Shown: positions 1-7,744 of the stretch, one piece after another
Layout: each line of letters starts with the position of its first letter
How positions within the stretch are numbered: position 1 is the stretch's first letter
IMG/VR virus record: IMGVR_UViG_3300033075_000216
Source: an uncultured virus (IMG/VR IMGVR_UViG_3300033075_000216)
Taxonomy: Duplodnaviria; Heunggongvirae; Uroviricota; Caudoviricetes
Length of the DNA stretch: 20,000 nt
Strand: one strand, 5' to 3'
Translations under genes and position numbers: made by a program
Notes under the pieces: generated by a model
Told to the model about the DNA's origin: nothing
The model's database searches: none
The model's input: only the letters and a program-made list of their open reading frames with translations

Positions 1-390
1 CTTCCGTCCGCTGTTGCTACGTTTATATTAAACGCCTCTTTTAATGTAGTAGATTCTTCCACTTCTTCAGGGTTACCTTTGTTGCCAGACGCGCTAAAAG
101 CAACATATAAAACGCAATATGTTTTAAAGTGTCAAGGCAGCGTCATTATCGAGACAAGCGACTACGCTTTATTTGAAGTTATTAGTGACGATGGCTCTAA
201 ACTATACATCGACGGTTCGTTGTTAGTTGATAACGACGGCCTACACTCCTCACAGTCACGCTCAGCTTCTAGGTTGTTGAAACGCGGAGTTCATACCTTC
301 AGAATAGATTACTTACAGGCAAACGGAAACCAAAGCCTTATTGTTAAAATGAACGGATCTGTAATATCCTCAACAAGTTTTTATAGGTAA
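1..390 (+). CDS. PA14 domain-containing protein (5'-truncated by window edge)
   Basis: The frame is open from base 1 (LPSAVATF...). It carries PA14-type motifs SDDGSKLYIDG, LVDNDGLHS and GVHTFRIDYLQ..GNQSL. Confidence 0.8.
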   Translation, partial: LPSAVATFILNASFNVVDSSTSSGLPLLPDALKATYKTQYVLKCQGSVIIETSDYALFEVISDDGSKLYIDGSLLVDNDGLHSSQSRSASRLLKRGVHTFRIDYLQANGNQSLIVKMNGSVISSTSFYR

Positions 391-401
391 GAGGTAAAAA
401 T

Positions 402-1046
402 ATGAAAAGATATTATAAATTAACAAAACAAAGCAGAAAATTGTACGGAAGAAAACTATATAGAATACAGGCTTTAGTGGATATGCCGCAACATGGTGTT
501 AAGGCAGGAGATCTTGGCGGGTTTGTAGAGTCATATGAAAACCTGTCAGGAAATGCTTGGGTTAGTGATGACGCTAAGGTTTTTGACGATGCGAAGGTTT
601 TTGGAAATGCTAAAGTTTCTGGTAATGCTGAAATATCAGGCATGGTTAAAATTTTTAATTATGCACAAGTTTATGGAAATGCTCAGATTTGGGGAAGTGC
701 TGTTATTTTTCAAAGCGCTAGTGTTTTTGATGACGCCAACGTTTTTGGAGATGTAACTATTTGTGGAGATGCAAGAATTTATAAAAAAACTCTGCTATGC
801 GGACAATCCACACCGATTAATACAGGAGACATAACAAATTCTAATCAAGTTTCTACTTTTAGAATAGGAGGCTTTATTGGAGTAACGATTTTGCCAAAGT
901 GTGCAATAATGGGTGGAGAAATTTTAACACACAAAGAAGCTGTGAAACTTAAAAAACAAGAACTAGTGAAGTTAGGTTTACCAGCAAAGTTGCACAGTGT
1001 TTATAGATCAACATTAAAAGCTATAATAAAGAGTGTACCGTGCTAG
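402..1046 (+). CDS. Hexapeptide-repeat left-handed beta-helix protein (YdcK-like phage family), copy 1
   Basis: N-terminal LYRIQAL...VKAGDLGGFVESYENL, followed by V[FY]G[ND]A[KQ] hexapeptide repeats and a C-terminal domain shared with copies 2 and 3. RBS gaggt lies upstream. Confidence 0.85.
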   Translation: MKRYYKLTKQSRKLYGRKLYRIQALVDMPQHGVKAGDLGGFVESYENLSGNAWVSDDAKVFDDAKVFGNAKVSGNAEISGMVKIFNYAQVYGNAQIWGSAVIFQSASVFDDANVFGDVTICGDARIYKKTLLCGQSTPINTGDITNSNQVSTFRIGGFIGVTILPKCAIMGGEILTHKEAVKLKKQELVKLGLPAKLHSVYRSTLKAIIKSVPC

Positions 1047-1465
1047 TAATTAAATGTAAAAAAACTCATCAAAATGCGAGCCTACCTAAACAAAGCCAGC
1101 CAGGCGATGCTGGATTGGATCTAACCTGCGCAGTTTGGGAAATACAAGGTGATCAGTTTATAGTGGATACCGGAATTGCTGTAGACCTGCCACAAGGTTG
1201 CCCAGCTCTTATTCTTCCTAGAAGCGGCATAGTAGGCACTGGACTTAGGCTTGCAAATGGTGTAGGGTTGATAGATCCAAACTATCGAGGATCACTTAAA
1301 CTAGTCTTTGATATAGTGGATAAAACAAAAGATCGTTATAAGATCGGAGATAGAGTAGGCCAGTTACTAGTGTTGAGAAACATAGCTCCAGTTCAGTGTA
1401 TCGAGGCGACGGAATTGTCAACATCCAATCGCGGAACAAAAGGATTTGGGTCATCAGGCAAATGA
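1040..1465 (+). CDS. dut: Trimeric dUTPase
   Basis: All five motifs are present: GDAGLDL, LPRSG, GLIDPNYRG, GDRVGQL and RGTKGFGSSG. Confidence 0.95.
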   Translation: MLVIKCKKTHQNASLPKQSQPGDAGLDLTCAVWEIQGDQFIVDTGIAVDLPQGCPALILPRSGIVGTGLRLANGVGLIDPNYRGSLKLVFDIVDKTKDRYKIGDRVGQLLVLRNIAPVQCIEATELSTSNRGTKGFGSSGK

Positions 1466-2493
1466 AAAAACTAAGCTATAGCAGAATAAAGTCCTATCAA
1501 GAATGTCCAAAAAAGTTTGAATATCATTATATTAAAAAGATACGGGACCCTATTGCGCAGTCTTCACTACTGTTCGGCTCGGCTTTAGATAAAACCATCA
1601 ATGACATGCTCTTGGATAAGAAGAACAATAATTTAAAGAAGCTTGGAGAGTATGTAAAAGCTTTTAGAGAAAACTGGCGCTTTGGCTATGTTAACGATAT
1701 TCTTACTGAACTTAAACACTGCACTGATATTGCTTATGCAGAATCTGACATAGACTATGAAATTATAAAGACAGACATTAAACGTCACAAAGAACTGGTA
1801 GAGAAGAAGAAAGAAGTTACGCAGCTTAAGATGGGTAAGAAAGATGTCGCAGAAATGAACGCCGTGTTTTGGGAATGTCTTGCGGTTAAGGGTAGATGCA
1901 TGGTTGAGACATTTTACAAGGTGTTTCTACCTGACATTAAAGAAGTTTTAGAAGTGCAGAAAAGAGTGTCCTTAAAAAATGCGGATGGCGATGAGGTGGA
2001 AGGGTATGTAGATTGTGTTTTGGATTTAGGAGACGGTCCCGTTATATGCGATTTAAAAACATCTTCCATAAAATACACCGGCTACTCCGCAAACATTAGT
2101 CCACAGTTAGCTACATACGTAAATGCCTTAAGGTCTGAATATAACACTAATAAAGTTGCCTTCATTGTATTGTACAAACAAATGATGAAGGATAAGATTA
2201 AGATGTGCGAGACGTGTCTGGTTCAATGTATGTCCCAGGCTCGAAAGTGCGATAATATTATAGAGGGTATTAGGTGTAATGGAGCATTCACTACAGATAT
2301 AAATCCTAAGGCAAAGCTTGAAGTTATTACAGGCTTTATTAAAGATAGTTTTGAAGAGCATGTTATGGAAAATTATCATACAATACTACACGCAATTAGA
2401 GAGGAGATATTTCCTCGTAATTGGAATAGTTGTATGGCATATAATAGACCATGTCCTTACATGGAAGCTTGTCATAAGGGGAAGAAGATATGA
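1462..2493 (+). CDS. PD-(D/E)XK exonuclease, Cas4/AddB/RecB-like, with likely 4Fe-4S staple
   Basis: Start reassigned to ATG 1462, which overlaps the dut stop as ATGA. Motifs: LSYS...CPKKF, GSALD, GYVD, ICDLKTS, QLATY and C-terminal C..(6)..CPY..C. Confidence 0.88.
   Translation: MKKLSYSRIKSYQECPKKFEYHYIKKIRDPIAQSSLLFGSALDKTINDMLLDKKNNNLKKLGEYVKAFRENWRFGYVNDILTELKHCTDIAYAESDIDYEIIKTDIKRHKELVEKKKEVTQLKMGKKDVAEMNAVFWECLAVKGRCMVETFYKVFLPDIKEVLEVQKRVSLKNADGDEVEGYVDCVLDLGDGPVICDLKTSSIKYTGYSANISPQLATYVNALRSEYNTNKVAFIVLYKQMMKDKIKMCETCLVQCMSQARKCDNIIEGIRCNGAFTTDINPKAKLEVITGFIKDSFEEHVMENYHTILHAIREEIFPRNWNSCMAYNRPCPYMEACHKGKKI
2457..2478 (+). repeat. 22-bp direct repeat, copy A (ttacatggaagcttgtcataag)
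   Basis: Identical to 3187-3208. It lies in the last codons of the nuclease gene, just upstream of beta-helix copy 2. Confidence 0.95.
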
Positions 2494-3185
2494 AAAGACA
2501 TTATAAATTAACGAAAAAAAGTATAAAATTGTACGGTAGAAAACTATATAGAATACAAGCAAACATAGACATGCCACAACATAATGTGAAGGTGGGAGAC
2601 CTTGGTGGCTACGTTGAGTCTTATGAAAACCTGTTAGACAATGCTTGGGTTGGCGAAAATGCAAGGGTTTGTGATAATGCGAGGGTACGCGGAAATGCGC
2701 GGGTTTCTGGAGATGCATGCGTTTCTGGAAATGCATGTGTTTCTGGAAATGCAAGTGTTAGTGGAAATGTATTGGTTTTTGATAATGCTTGGATTTATGG
2801 ACGTGCGTATGTTTATGGAGACGCACGGGTTTTCAATAATGCTTGGATTTATGGACATGCGCAGGTTTACGGAAAGGCATTGGTTTGCGAAAATGCGCAG
2901 GTTTACGGAAATGCATTGGTTTGCGAAAATGCGCGTGTTTACGTAGATGCAAAGGTTTGTGTAGGAAAGCTAACAAAAACACAACAAGTTTCAACATTTC
3001 AAATAAGAAGTGGTTGTCGTGTGACAGTGACACCTAAGCATGCTACAATAGGATGTAAAACTATGACGCATAAAGAGTGGCTAAAGGCTACAAAAAAGCA
3101 AATAATTGAAACGGGTTTACCAGAAGAGTTGTATGATATTTATAAATCAACACTAAAAGCTGTAATAAAGAGCATGTCGTGTTAG
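2490..3185 (+). CDS. Hexapeptide-repeat left-handed beta-helix protein, copy 2
   Basis: Same N-terminal and C-terminal domains as copy 1, with the longest repeat tract (VSGNAC, IYG, VYGNAL...). The start overlaps the nuclease stop as ATGA. Confidence 0.88.
   Translation: MKRHYKLTKKSIKLYGRKLYRIQANIDMPQHNVKVGDLGGYVESYENLLDNAWVGENARVCDNARVRGNARVSGDACVSGNACVSGNASVSGNVLVFDNAWIYGRAYVYGDARVFNNAWIYGHAQVYGKALVCENAQVYGNALVCENARVYVDAKVCVGKLTKTQQVSTFQIRSGCRVTVTPKHATIGCKTMTHKEWLKATKKQIIETGLPEELYDIYKSTLKAVIKSMSC
2703..2934 (+). repeat. Internal tandem repeats with 18/36/54-bp periodicity in beta-helix copy 2
   Basis: gtttctgga(g/a)atgca.. occurs three times (2703-2756). ataatgcttggatttatggac occurs twice, 54 bp apart. 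A 36-bp unit at 2857-2892 and 2893-2928 has one mismatch. Confidence 0.9.
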
Positions 3186-3186
3186 T

Positions 3187-3208
3187 TTACATGGAAGCTT
3201 GTCATAAG
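3187..3208 (+). repeat. 22-bp direct repeat, copy B
   Basis: Identical to 2457-2478. It starts 1 nt after the copy 2 stop and is followed by gaagatatgaa, as in copy A. Confidence 0.95.
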
Positions 3209-3216
3209 TGGAAGAT

Positions 3217-3855
3217 ATGAATAGAAATTCTAAACTAACAGAAGAAAGTGTACAAATATACGGTAGAAAATTATACAGAATACAGGCTCTCGTAGACATG
3301 CCGCAACATGGAGTGAGGGCAGGAGACCTTGGCGGATATGTGGAATCTTATAATAATCTACTAGACAGTGCTTGGGTAGGAAATAATGCACTAGTTTTTG
3401 GTGGTGCGCAGGTTCGAGGAAATGCATGTGTTTATGAGTATGCACGAGTTTTTGGAAATGCGCAGGTTTATGATAATGCAAAAGTTTACGGAAATACGGT
3501 AGTTTCGGAAAACTCAAGAGTTTATGAAGATGCGAGAGTTTATGGTCACGCACTACTTTGTCTAGATGCTAGTGTTTATGGAAATGCAGAGGTTTATGGA
3601 AGTGTATATGTTCCTGGAAATGCGAAGGTTTGTGTAGGAAATATATCAAAACAAGATCAACTCTCAACATTTCAAATAGGCAAAGGCCCTAATGTAACAA
3701 TAACTCCTAAGCATGCTACAATAGTAGACAAAACGTTAACACATAAACAATGGTTAAAAATAACAAAGAAGCGTGCATTTAGAATAGGCATACCGGAAGA
3801 TTTGCTTAACGTTTATAAATCAACATTAAAAGTTATAATGAGGAGAGTTTCGTGA
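3217..3855 (+). CDS. Hexapeptide-repeat left-handed beta-helix protein, copy 3
   Basis: Start reassigned to ATG 3217 (MNRNSKLT), which aligns with the starts of the other copies. Same domain layout. Confidence 0.86.
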   Translation: MNRNSKLTEESVQIYGRKLYRIQALVDMPQHGVRAGDLGGYVESYNNLLDSAWVGNNALVFGGAQVRGNACVYEYARVFGNAQVYDNAKVYGNTVVSENSRVYEDARVYGHALLCLDASVYGNAEVYGSVYVPGNAKVCVGNISKQDQLSTFQIGKGPNVTITPKHATIVDKTLTHKQWLKITKKRAFRIGIPEDLLNVYKSTLKVIMRRVS

Positions 3856-4199
3856 TATTCTTTACAAAGAAAAAAGGTCCGTTCTCAAAAGATTTAAAAG
3901 ATGGTACTCGTGTTACTGTAGCGTTCTCTAACGTAGACACAGCAAACGCTATATTTACAAAAATATTTGAACCAGAAACTTATAAAGGAATTAGACACTT
4001 GCCTGAAAATGAAGAAAATCGTAACGCTGTTGGCATGTTTTTTGATAAAAGTGCTGGACACTATAAGATGGTAGTGCTAGAGTATAATATATCTACGGGC
4101 GAATGTTGTATTGCAGAGATTAAAGAAGCCGCTGTAATGAAACATCACGCCAAGAGAAAGTTTGAAGTTGAGTTAGTAAATAAAAAGGTTTTAGATTAA
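3852..4199 (+). CDS. Hypothetical protein
   Basis: GTGA overlap with the previous stop and a strong RBS (aggag). No motif recognised. Confidence 0.7.
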   Translation: MIFFTKKKGPFSKDLKDGTRVTVAFSNVDTANAIFTKIFEPETYKGIRHLPENEENRNAVGMFFDKSAGHYKMVVLEYNISTGECCIAEIKEAAVMKHHAKRKFEVELVNKKVLD

Positions 4200-4209
4200 G
4201 GAGAACACT

Positions 4210-4773
4210 ATGTTAATGAGTAATAGTATCACAAATATTTCAGGAGCTATGCTAACTGCCCAAAGATCTATGGGAGAAGCTAAGAAAGACAGCACTAACC
4301 CTTATTTTCGTAGCAGCTATGCTGATTTGAATTCTATTCGTGAAGTGGCGCTTCCGGCGCTTAACGCAGCCGGCATTAGCGTGCTTCAACCTACAGTGTC
4401 TATTGATGGTCGTAATTATGTTCGCACTCTTTTAATTCATGAAAGCGGTGAGTGGCTTGCTTCTGATACAGAAATCGTTGCTGCTAAAGCTAACGACCCA
4501 CAAGCTTACGGTAGCGGCATTTCTTATGCTCGCCGTTACGGTTTACAGAGTATGCTAAATATCGGCGCAGTGGATGATGATGGCGAAAGAGCCATGGTAC
4601 GCGCGCCAAAAACACCGGAGCTGGCTTTAGCCCCAACCCCTTCTCAAGCTGGCTCCACGGACGGTGTGCCTAATGACAATACTTCCGCAACTCCTACGGA
4701 AGCTTCTAATTCTCGCCGCCGTCCGCCCTCATTTAAGTTTCCCAAGCAAGCGTCAGGCGGAGGTTTTGAGTAA
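4210..4773 (+). CDS. erf: ERF-family ssDNA annealing protein (recombinase)
   Basis: KKDSTNPYFRSSYADL, TLLIHESGEWL, DPQAYGSGISYARRYGL and DDDG motifs. Pro/Ser/Thr-rich C-terminal tail. RBS aaggag. Confidence 0.93.
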   Translation: MLMSNSITNISGAMLTAQRSMGEAKKDSTNPYFRSSYADLNSIREVALPALNAAGISVLQPTVSIDGRNYVRTLLIHESGEWLASDTEIVAAKANDPQAYGSGISYARRYGLQSMLNIGAVDDDGERAMVRAPKTPELALAPTPSQAGSTDGVPNDNTSATPTEASNSRRRPPSFKFPKQASGGGFE

Positions 4774-5081
4774 TGTCTGAAAGTGCAGAACAATCGGCAT
4801 TATTCTTTGCCAGTCACATTAAACCCTTTAAAGACAAGATTAGAGACTTGTCTAAAAAAGAACTGCAACGGTTAATATATGCAATGACCGTGCATCCTCT
4901 TCAAGAAGAATACGAGGCTATTATAACCTCTAAAGCAGAAGAAGAAATGTTAAACTTGCATATTGCATTACTTAATGCTAAACTAGTTATGTTCGCAGAA
5001 ACAGCGGAACAAAAGGAGAAAGAAAATGGAAGCACAAGAGAAGAGAAAAGCACAGAAGGTGGGAGTAGTAATCAAGAGTGA
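4773..5081 (+). CDS. Hypothetical protein
   Basis: TAATG coupling to erf. Helical composition, no motif recognised. Confidence 0.65.
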   Translation: MSESAEQSALFFASHIKPFKDKIRDLSKKELQRLIYAMTVHPLQEEYEAIITSKAEEEMLNLHIALLNAKLVMFAETAEQKEKENGSTREEKSTEGGSSNQE

Positions 5082-5277
5082 TAAGAACGGTAAGTTTTAC
5101 CTAATTCTAGGATCAAATACTAGTAAAGAAGCTAAGTATAATTTCAGTGTAGAACTTGTGATTAAGAATAGCGCTGGTGAAGTAGTACACACGCAAAAAG
5201 ATGGACTTTTAAGCTTGTTAGAGCCACGTAACCAGGGCGCGGGCAACGGCAAAGTAAGATTTGACGTTTTAGCCTAA
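5026..5277 (+). CDS. Hypothetical small beta-rich protein (possibly nucleic-acid binding)
   Basis: RBS aaggag upstream. Last gene before the terminator. The function is a guess from its position after erf and its beta-strand pattern. Confidence 0.65.
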   Translation: MEAQEKRKAQKVGVVIKSDKNGKFYLILGSNTSKEAKYNFSVELVIKNSAGEVVHTQKDGLLSLLEPRNQGAGNGKVRFDVLA

Positions 5278-5282
5278 ACTAT

Positions 5283-5321
5283 AAAGAGGGACTTCTCAAG
5301 GACGAGAGTGTCCCTTTTTTT
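5283..5321 (+). terminator. Rho-independent terminator
   Basis: Stem agggac-ttctc / gagag-(t)-gtccct with hexaloop aaggac, followed by a T-run. It lies directly after the 5277 stop. Confidence 0.85.
5296..5305 (+). promoter_or_regulatory. Putative CsrA/RsmA-binding site in the terminator loop
   Basis: TCAAGGACGA matches (A/U)CANGGANG(U/A), with ANGGAN as the hairpin hexaloop. Confidence 0.45.
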
Positions 5322-5343
5322 ATTTATATGAAAAGGATTTCTA

Positions 5344-5670
5344 ATGAAACCATCTTTTAAAATAGGCGACAAAATATCTATAACAAGACGTAAGTATAGA
5401 TATCTAATTCGCGACATGTATGTTTATTTAACACCTAACACTAAAGAGTTTAGCATACAGTTTGCTAATGAAGTGTTTTGCATCCTTGGAGCGTATCTCC
5501 ACGAGAACGAGCCTCTTACAGGCACAATTATTGCTCCAGCAGCTAGAGAAAATGACACTCAATACTATGTTGTTCGTGTTGGAAATAAATTTGGACTAAT
5601 AGATAACATTGTGATAGAAGATAAGTATATACGTAAACTTTCAGGAAGAAATCAAGAGTGCGATATTTAA
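5344..5670 (+). CDS. Hypothetical protein
   Basis: RBS aagga. The FKIGDKI start is typical of small SH3-like phage proteins. Confidence 0.7.
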   Translation: MKPSFKIGDKISITRRKYRYLIRDMYVYLTPNTKEFSIQFANEVFCILGAYLHENEPLTGTIIAPAARENDTQYYVVRVGNKFGLIDNIVIEDKYIRKLSGRNQECDI

Positions 5671-6137
5671 TCCCAATCCTTATATTAATAACTAACGCGC
5701 ACGCTGGACAATATTACGGCGGATACGGCGTTGGGGTGTTTCAAAAAGATTCTAAGTCTTTTGCGGACATTAAGTTATTTAATATAGGAACTCAGTGGGA
5801 TTTGTATAAACTCTTTAAACAAAAGCTTGAGGCTGGCGTCTGGACGGATGTCAAATTTGAAAATAGACGCAGTAGCGGGTATGCTGCCTACTCTGTTGGA
5901 ATTCGGGTAGAGCCTCAAATCCTTTATGTAGAGAGTTTCTGGGGAGCCGCATTAATGACGCACACAGACGGAATGCTCTCATCTAACTTTCAGTTTATGA
6001 ATGATACAGGAATAGGAGTACAGGACGATGCTGGACGCTTTATCGGGATTAGCTATAAGCATATTAGTAATGCTGGGATATCTTATCCTAATTTAGGAAG
6101 AGACTTTTTAAGTATTAAAATGGGGTTTAGTTTATGA
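5658..6137 (+). CDS. pagL: PagL-like lipid A 3-O-deacylase / acyloxyacyl hydrolase (outer-membrane beta-barrel)
   Basis: Signal peptide ending in AHA and amphipathic beta strands. Motifs LSSNFQF and HISNAGISYPNLGRD (His, Ser +2, acid +14, as in PagL). C-terminal GFSL strand. Confidence 0.85.
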   Translation: MRYLIPILILITNAHAGQYYGGYGVGVFQKDSKSFADIKLFNIGTQWDLYKLFKQKLEAGVWTDVKFENRRSSGYAAYSVGIRVEPQILYVESFWGAALMTHTDGMLSSNFQFMNDTGIGVQDDAGRFIGISYKHISNAGISYPNLGRDFLSIKMGFSL

Positions 6138-6457
6138 CAGAAGGTAAAAAGTTTGATAATAATAAGCCAGATCTTTCTCTATTGCCGTATGAGGCGTTAG
6201 AAGAAGTGTCTAGAGTTTTAATGTTTGGCGCTAACAAGTATGGTAAGAATCAATGGCGCGGTGGATTTGATTACACGCGTCTTATTTCTGCCGCTATGCG
6301 ACACATGCATCAACTTAATAGTGGAGAAGATGTAGATTCAGAATCTGGTATAAGCCACGCAGCTCACGCAGCCGCTAACATGATGTTCTTATTATGGATG
6401 ATAAGAAACCAAAAAGGAAAGGATGACCGATGGATGCCAAATTCAAAGCGTTCATAA
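6134..6457 (+). CDS. dATP/dGTP diphosphohydrolase domain protein (DUF5664-type)
   Basis: KFD..KP.LSLLP, V..VL.FGA.KYG.N.W..G, AAMRH and GEDVDSESG..H.AHAA.N..FL motifs. Confidence 0.9.
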   Translation: MTEGKKFDNNKPDLSLLPYEALEEVSRVLMFGANKYGKNQWRGGFDYTRLISAAMRHMHQLNSGEDVDSESGISHAAHAAANMMFLLWMIRNQKGKDDRWMPNSKRS

Positions 6458-6789
6458 TAGCCGGCCTTCGCCGTATGACATACAAATGGAAACCTAGGTA
6501 CACGGTGATGAACGCTGCCAAGATAGAACGCGGCAGATATAAATGTGCTATATGTACAAAAGTTCACCCTAGAAAAGAAATAGCTTTAGATCATATACAA
6601 CCAGTTATTGATCCGATGATAGGGTTTGTGGATTGGAACACATTAATTCCAAGAATGTTTGCAGAAGAAGCCGGCTGGCAAGTGTTGTGTAAGCCTTGTC
6701 ATAAAGCTAAGAGTTTACACGAAAATAAATTTAGGAAGATGGCCAAAAAATGTACTTTAAAGACCCCAAGACGAAAAAAGAAAGCGTAA
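6430..6789 (+). CDS. HNH endonuclease (T7 gp7-like, Zn-binding)
   Basis: YKCAIC, DHIQPV and QVLCKPCHKAKS motifs. Confidence 0.88.
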   Translation: MDAKFKAFIIAGLRRMTYKWKPRYTVMNAAKIERGRYKCAICTKVHPRKEIALDHIQPVIDPMIGFVDWNTLIPRMFAEEAGWQVLCKPCHKAKSLHENKFRKMAKKCTLKTPRRKKKA

Positions 6790-6983
6790 CTCTTACATTA
6801 CTTATTGTAGGTTTTATTGTAGCAACTACTAAACTGTTGGTTGCAGGATCGGAGTTCGGTAGTTTAAAATTTGGTGAGTTTGACGGTGTTCAATATGCCG
6901 CCGCGCTCTCCGCCATTTCAGCCCTATACTGGGCAAGAAAACGAGACACCATTAAAAAAGATAAAGAGGTAAATGACGAATGA
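6750..6983 (+). CDS. Small two-TM membrane protein (holin-like)
   Basis: Two hydrophobic segments and a highly charged C-terminus. RBS aggaag. Confidence 0.6.
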   Translation: MYFKDPKTKKESVTLTLLIVGFIVATTKLLVAGSEFGSLKFGEFDGVQYAAALSAISALYWARKRDTIKKDKEVNDE

Positions 6984-7744
6984 AAAAATGGATTATAAGC
7001 GCTCTTATTTTTGGAGCAGTTGTATTTTTTGCAAGACCGACCGCTAAGACTGAAGATAGTGTAGTTAAGACACCGGCTACAGGAGAGTCTTTACCCGAAG
7101 TTCAAGCCTTTGATATGAATACCTTTAAAAGTGATAAACAAGTTAAACGTGTTGATTCTGATAATGTTGTATTGTTAGAAGGACAAATTGATGCTATGTC
7201 CGTAGCCCCGGTATTATCCGAACTAAGAGAGAGATCTAGAAGCGGTAAACCTGTCTATCTTTTAATCAACTCTCCAGGAGGTTCAGTTATTGACGGTATG
7301 AAGATTGTTAATTTCATCGAATCATCCAAAACGCCCATTCACACCGTATGTACACAAGTATGTGCATCTATGGGATTTGTCATACTACAGCACGGCACAA
7401 GACGTATGGCTTTAGACAGAACGCTTCTAATGGCACACAAGGCTTCTTTTGGAGCACAAGGTCAGCTTGAGAACATGTTGTCTATGCTTAATACAGTAAA
7501 GCGTTATATCGATAAAACTGACCTGTATATCGCCAGACGTAGTGGTATGAGTTTTAAAGAGTTTAAAGACCTTATTGTAAATGATTTGTGGATTGATTCA
7601 GAAGATGCTTTACAAAAACACCTACTCGATGATATTATTAGTATAAATCTGCCAGACAATAAACCAGCTATTGCTTTACCAGGCGCAGATGAAAAGAGTA
7701 AAAAAACCTTTCCATGGGACGCCTTAAAACTGCTGCAATACTAG
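6980..7744 (+). CDS. clpP: ClpP-like (S14) serine protease with N-terminal signal/membrane anchor
   Basis: LLINSPGGSV..G, CASMG (catalytic Ser), LMAH (His) and DLWIDSEDAL...LLDDII (Asp) motifs. N-terminus MKKWIISALIFGAVVFFA. Confidence 0.88.
   Translation: MKKWIISALIFGAVVFFARPTAKTEDSVVKTPATGESLPEVQAFDMNTFKSDKQVKRVDSDNVVLLEGQIDAMSVAPVLSELRERSRSGKPVYLLINSPGGSVIDGMKIVNFIESSKTPIHTVCTQVCASMGFVILQHGTRRMALDRTLLMAHKASFGAQGQLENMLSMLNTVKRYIDKTDLYIARRSGMSFKEFKDLIVNDLWIDSEDALQKHLLDDIISINLPDNKPAIALPGADEKSKKTFPWDALKLLQY

Noticed and set aside
1462..3208. CRISPR array or cas locus (Cas4-like gene plus repeats)
   Set aside because: There are only two 22-bp copies 730 bp apart. The other repeats are in-frame coding repeats without spacers, and no other cas genes are present.
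2457..3208. Transposon or integrative element with target-site duplication / att sites
   Set aside because: The enclosed gene is not a transposase or integrase, there are no terminal inverted repeats, and no recombinase of that type is in the window.
413..3553. Alternative-frame and antisense ORFs over the beta-helix genes (e.g. 535-756, 2386-2754, 2641-2946, 2843-3037, 3230-3553; likewise 8591-9130)
   Set aside because: These are shadow ORFs produced by the 18-bp periodic, stop-poor repeat. They have no RBS or independent motifs.
6430..6789. HNH gene as a mobile homing element or intron ORF
   Set aside because: It overlaps intact neighbours on both sides, with no interrupted host gene or intron structure visible.
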